From positions 372,001 to 436,000 of the forward strand of contig NZ_JMCB01000001.1 of assembly GCF_000737315.1 (NCBI RefSeq): a DNA stretch of 64,000 bases, written 5' to 3'. Positions 61,232-64,000 of this stretch are shown one piece after another (within the stretch, counting starts at the first letter, position 1; the number at the start of each line of letters is the position of its first letter). Both the position numbers and the translations under genes were made by a program. The stretch is from Hyalangium minutum (GTDB lineage Bacteria; Myxococcota; Myxococcia; Myxococcales; Myxococcaceae). The notes beneath the pieces are model-generated. The model did not search any database. It worked only from the letters and a program-made list of their open reading frames with translations, and had not been told where the DNA came from.

Positions 61232-64000
61232 TCACAGCGTGAGCCAGTAGGCCAGACCGTTCAGGTCTGCCAGCGACAGCGACACCGAGAGGCTCCGGAA
61301 CGGCTCCCCGGCGAAGGGGTTCTCGCGGACCCCGACGCTCACTCCTACCCGGTCCTGCAGCAGCGAGCCATGGACCTCCAGCCCCCAATCGAACCGGCGC
61401 GTTCCCCTCCAGTGCAGCGAGGCCCGAGGCCCCGCGCCCAGGGACACGCCTCCCAGGTGCAGCGTGGGCCGCAGCCCCACCGTGCTCGAGAGTCTGTCAT
61501 TCGGGCTCTCGTAGTCGAGGGGCTCCACCTTGGAGAGCAGGGACAGCCGGGGCGAGAGCCTCAACGCGGGCTCCACCCACGCCAGCGCCACGCCACCCTG
61601 GGCCGCATCGAACGCCAGCCGGTAGGGCAGCAGGTGCATCATCCGCAGCCGCCAGGCGCCCGAGCCCGGAGGCGATGACGCGGGCAGACTGGAGGGATCG
61701 AACTCGAACCGAGGGGTGGGCGCGAGGTTCACATCCCGCCGCGCCAACAACTGCCCCGCCGCGAGCCCCAGCCGCACGCCCCGCCGCGCCGAGGAAGCCG
61801 TGGCCCCCGCGGGAGCGGCCTGTTGCAGTTCCACCACCGTGGCGCGATCCATCGCCCGGCGAATCGTCGTGCCCCACCACCGCGTCGGGTCCTGCAGCGC
61901 CAGGCGCATGTTCGCCTCCTGGCCCTGGTAACCGTGCTCCTTCAAGCCGGTCAGAAACGCGTCGAAGCCCGGGTCCGCCAGGCACAGCTGCTCCGACTCT
62001 CCCTCCTTGCACGGCCTCCTGTGGGAACGGGCCGCCGCGAGCGCCGCGGCGAGGGGATCGTCCTCGGCGAGCCGATCACCCTCCTCCACCCAGGCCCAGG
62101 CGGGCTCGCGCAGCAGTTCCTGTGCCCTCTTCCGGCTGCCCAGGGCAATCGCCAGCTCCTCCTGGGCCAGCGCGGAGAGGACGTGCCGGGCCCGCTTCGA
62201 GGCAAGCAGTCCCATCCACTCCGCATTGTCGCGCATCATCATCCCTACGCAGCGCTGGGTCTGAGGGTCTCCCAGGTCCAGCTCGTCCGAGGGCCCCGGA
62301 AGCCGTGCGGGCGCGGGCCGGCCTGTGAAGTACGGGTCCTGCGCGGCACAGCCCTGCACCGAGAGCGAGTGCACCGCGTCGTACACCCCGGCGTAGTAGT
62401 CCAGCTCGCGCAGAGGCCGATCCAGGAAGGCCGCGAAGTTGCCGAGCTGTGAACCCGCCAGCGGCGCGAAGCGCGTCGTGACGAAGAGGCGCCGCTCGGG
62501 GACCCGGCCCTGCTCGAGCGCCGAGGCATGCTGGGAGATCGTGTCCAACGCCCCCTGCAGTTGCCGCAGCGTGGGCACCAGCCCCACCAACACTTCGATC
62601 ACCCGTGCCCGCTGAGCGAGCAACTGGAGATCGCCTGCGCGCTCACTCACCTCGGACGCGGCGTCGAGCAGAGGCTGGACGGTCTTCGGATCGAAGAGGG
62701 CTCCCTTGGGCAGCTCTCGCAACTGTCCTCGGGCCTCGCGCGACAGCTCGGAGAACCGGGGCTCCGGCATGGCTTCGATCCACCGGAGCTGCTCGTCCAA
62801 CACCGTGTTGGCCAACAGGTGCGTGGCCGCTCCCAGTCCCTGGGCATTGCGCAACGTACTCAGGAAGGCCGCGCGCAGCTGCCACTGCTGCTCCTCGGAG
62901 ATCTCGCTGCGCGAGAGCAGATCCAGCTCTCCGGCAAAGAACTCGATGACCGACGAGCTCAGCTCCATGCCACTGCGGAACGCGTCCTGGACGCGCAGCC
63001 CCGGGTCCTCTTCCTGGGTCAGCGGCGCGTCCACATAGCGGCGGAACTGTCCCCGCGCATCGAGCAGCCTCGCCAGCGACGTGCCGAGCGAGACCAGCTC
63101 CTCCACCGACAGCCGCTCGCCCACCTTCGCGGCCTGACCGGCATCCGCCTGGAGCGGATCCTCGCCGGGCTCTCCCCGCAGCACCCGGGCGCAGCTCGTG
63201 AGCAAGCCCGGGTTTGCGGTGGCGCTGCCCTGCGCCGACAACCTCCGCACACAGGAGAGCAGCACTCGTCCGCGCCGCAGCCGCTCGGGCACAGTCATCG
63301 AGCCGCGGGCGGGAAGCTCGGGCAGCCGTGCCTCGGTGACGCGCCCGTGCACCAACGAGGCGAGCACGCCATGAACTCCCGCGTACCGCCGGCCCGCATC
63401 CGCCGCGCTCATGAGCAAGGTGCGCGTAGTCCGGTTCCAGTGCATGGCCCGCGCCGTGCGCCCCAGCTCCGAATTGCGCGCGGTCGCCACCAAGCCGGTG
63501 AAGAACTCCAGGCTGCCCACGAGGCTCGCCCCTGTGGGCCCCCCAGAAGCCGAGACCGAGGCGGCCCGAGACTCGAAGCGGCGAAAGTCGGGATCGACGA
63601 AGACGTAGGAGACCGGGTTCCACAGGCTGGGCCCTCGCCTCGACTCCACGAGCTCGATGGCCAGCCCCACCGGCGCGTTGTCGAAGACGCCACCATCCAC
63701 ATAGGGGCGGCGGCACAGCTTCAGCTCCTGCCCCGGCGTGGAGTGCGCGGCGCAGGAGAGTCCCGTCAGAGGCCGCGACGCATCGGGTCCGGGGCACATT
63801 CCCTGTGTCACTGTCTGCTCGGCCGGACAGGAGGCCGTGCAGTCACACAGCTCGCGAGGGCTGAAGGCCACGGGGAACGCAGCGGAGGCCAGCACCGCCT
63901 GGCTCACCTGATCCGAGTCGACAGAATGCCCGGGAGGCTCGGGATCGGAGCGCTCGCCCAGCATCAACGCGCTGGGGGCCAGCTCGCCATCGCTCGGCAG
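61232..64000 (-). CDS. Patatin-like phospholipase (5' end outside window)
   Basis: ASAAFPVAF, YVDGGVFDNAP (DGG motif); frame appears open to the window edge; the GxSxG motif would lie upstream. Confidence 0.7.
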   Translation of the reverse strand: MPSDGELAPSALMLGERSDPEPPGHSVDSDQVSQAVLASAAFPVAFSPRELCDCTASCPAEQTVTQGMCPGPDASRPLTGLSCAAHSTPGQELKLCRRPYVDGGVFDNAPVGLAIELVESRRGPSLWNPVSYVFVDPDFRRFESRAASVSASGGPTGASLVGSLEFFTGLVATARNSELGRTARAMHWNRTTRTLLMSAADAGRRYAGVHGVLASLVHGRVTEARLPELPARGSMTVPERLRRGRVLLSCVRRLSAQGSATANPGLLTSCARVLRGEPGEDPLQADAGQAAKVGERLSVEELVSLGTSLARLLDARGQFRRYVDAPLTQEEDPGLRVQDAFRSGMELSSSVIEFFAGELDLLSRSEISEEQQWQLRAAFLSTLRNAQGLGAATHLLANTVLDEQLRWIEAMPEPRFSELSREARGQLRELPKGALFDPKTVQPLLDAASEVSERAGDLQLLAQRARVIEVLVGLVPTLRQLQGALDTISQHASALEQGRVPERRLFVTTRFAPLAGSQLGNFAAFLDRPLRELDYYAGVYDAVHSLSVQGCAAQDPYFTGRPAPARLPGPSDELDLGDPQTQRCVGMMMRDNAEWMGLLASKRARHVLSALAQEELAIALGSRKRAQELLREPAWAWVEEGDRLAEDDPLAAALAAARSHRRPCKEGESEQLCLADPGFDAFLTGLKEHGYQGQEANMRLALQDPTRWWGTTIRRAMDRATVVELQQAAPAGATASSARRGVRLGLAAGQLLARRDVNLAPTPRFEFDPSSLPASSPPGSGAWRLRMMHLLPYRLAFDAAQGGVALAWVEPALRLSPRLSLLSKVEPLDYESPNDRLSSTVGLRPTLHLGGVSLGAGPRASLHWRGTRRFDWGLEVHGSLLQDRVGVSVGVRENPFAGEPFRSLSVSLSLADLNGLAYWLTL

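Overview
64 kb of high-GC DNA from a myxobacterium-like organism (an inference from gene content: Ser/Thr kinase with TPRs, Cys-rich lipoproteins, DUF4139 pair, low-complexity N-termini). Left to right it holds: a purine/amidohydrolase cluster with two adenosine deaminase homologues; a PadR + Lnt/nitrilase-like pair; a TetR gene; a peptidase-C39-like/lytic transglycosylase fusion; a ~5 kb decayed island of redox genes bounded by tmRNA-3'-end-like direct repeats; a GH13 enzyme; a ~1690-aa membrane protein divergent from two DUF4139-like genes; a PaoABC-like molybdoenzyme; an M19 dipeptidase with Cys-rich repeats; PrsW; a 12-kb sulfate assimilation operon (cysH, split cysG, cysDN, cysJI, sbp, cysTWA); an IorAB-like molybdoenzyme with a diheme cytochrome; an exosortase/VIT-PEP-CTERM trio; elaA, kgtP, a kinase and a partial patatin. 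The standout is in the cys operon leader. A 25-aa ORF below the ORF-track cutoff (MTSPAPHSCCTGRAPLHARCCQRSR, two Cys-Cys pairs) is followed by alternative helices that can form an antiterminator or an intrinsic terminator. This looks like a cysteine-sensing, ribosome-mediated transcription attenuator, and it sits behind a pair of palindromic operator-like boxes. No rRNA, intact tRNA or CRISPR array was seen. All family assignments come from motif recognition by eye; no database searches or RNA folding were run.
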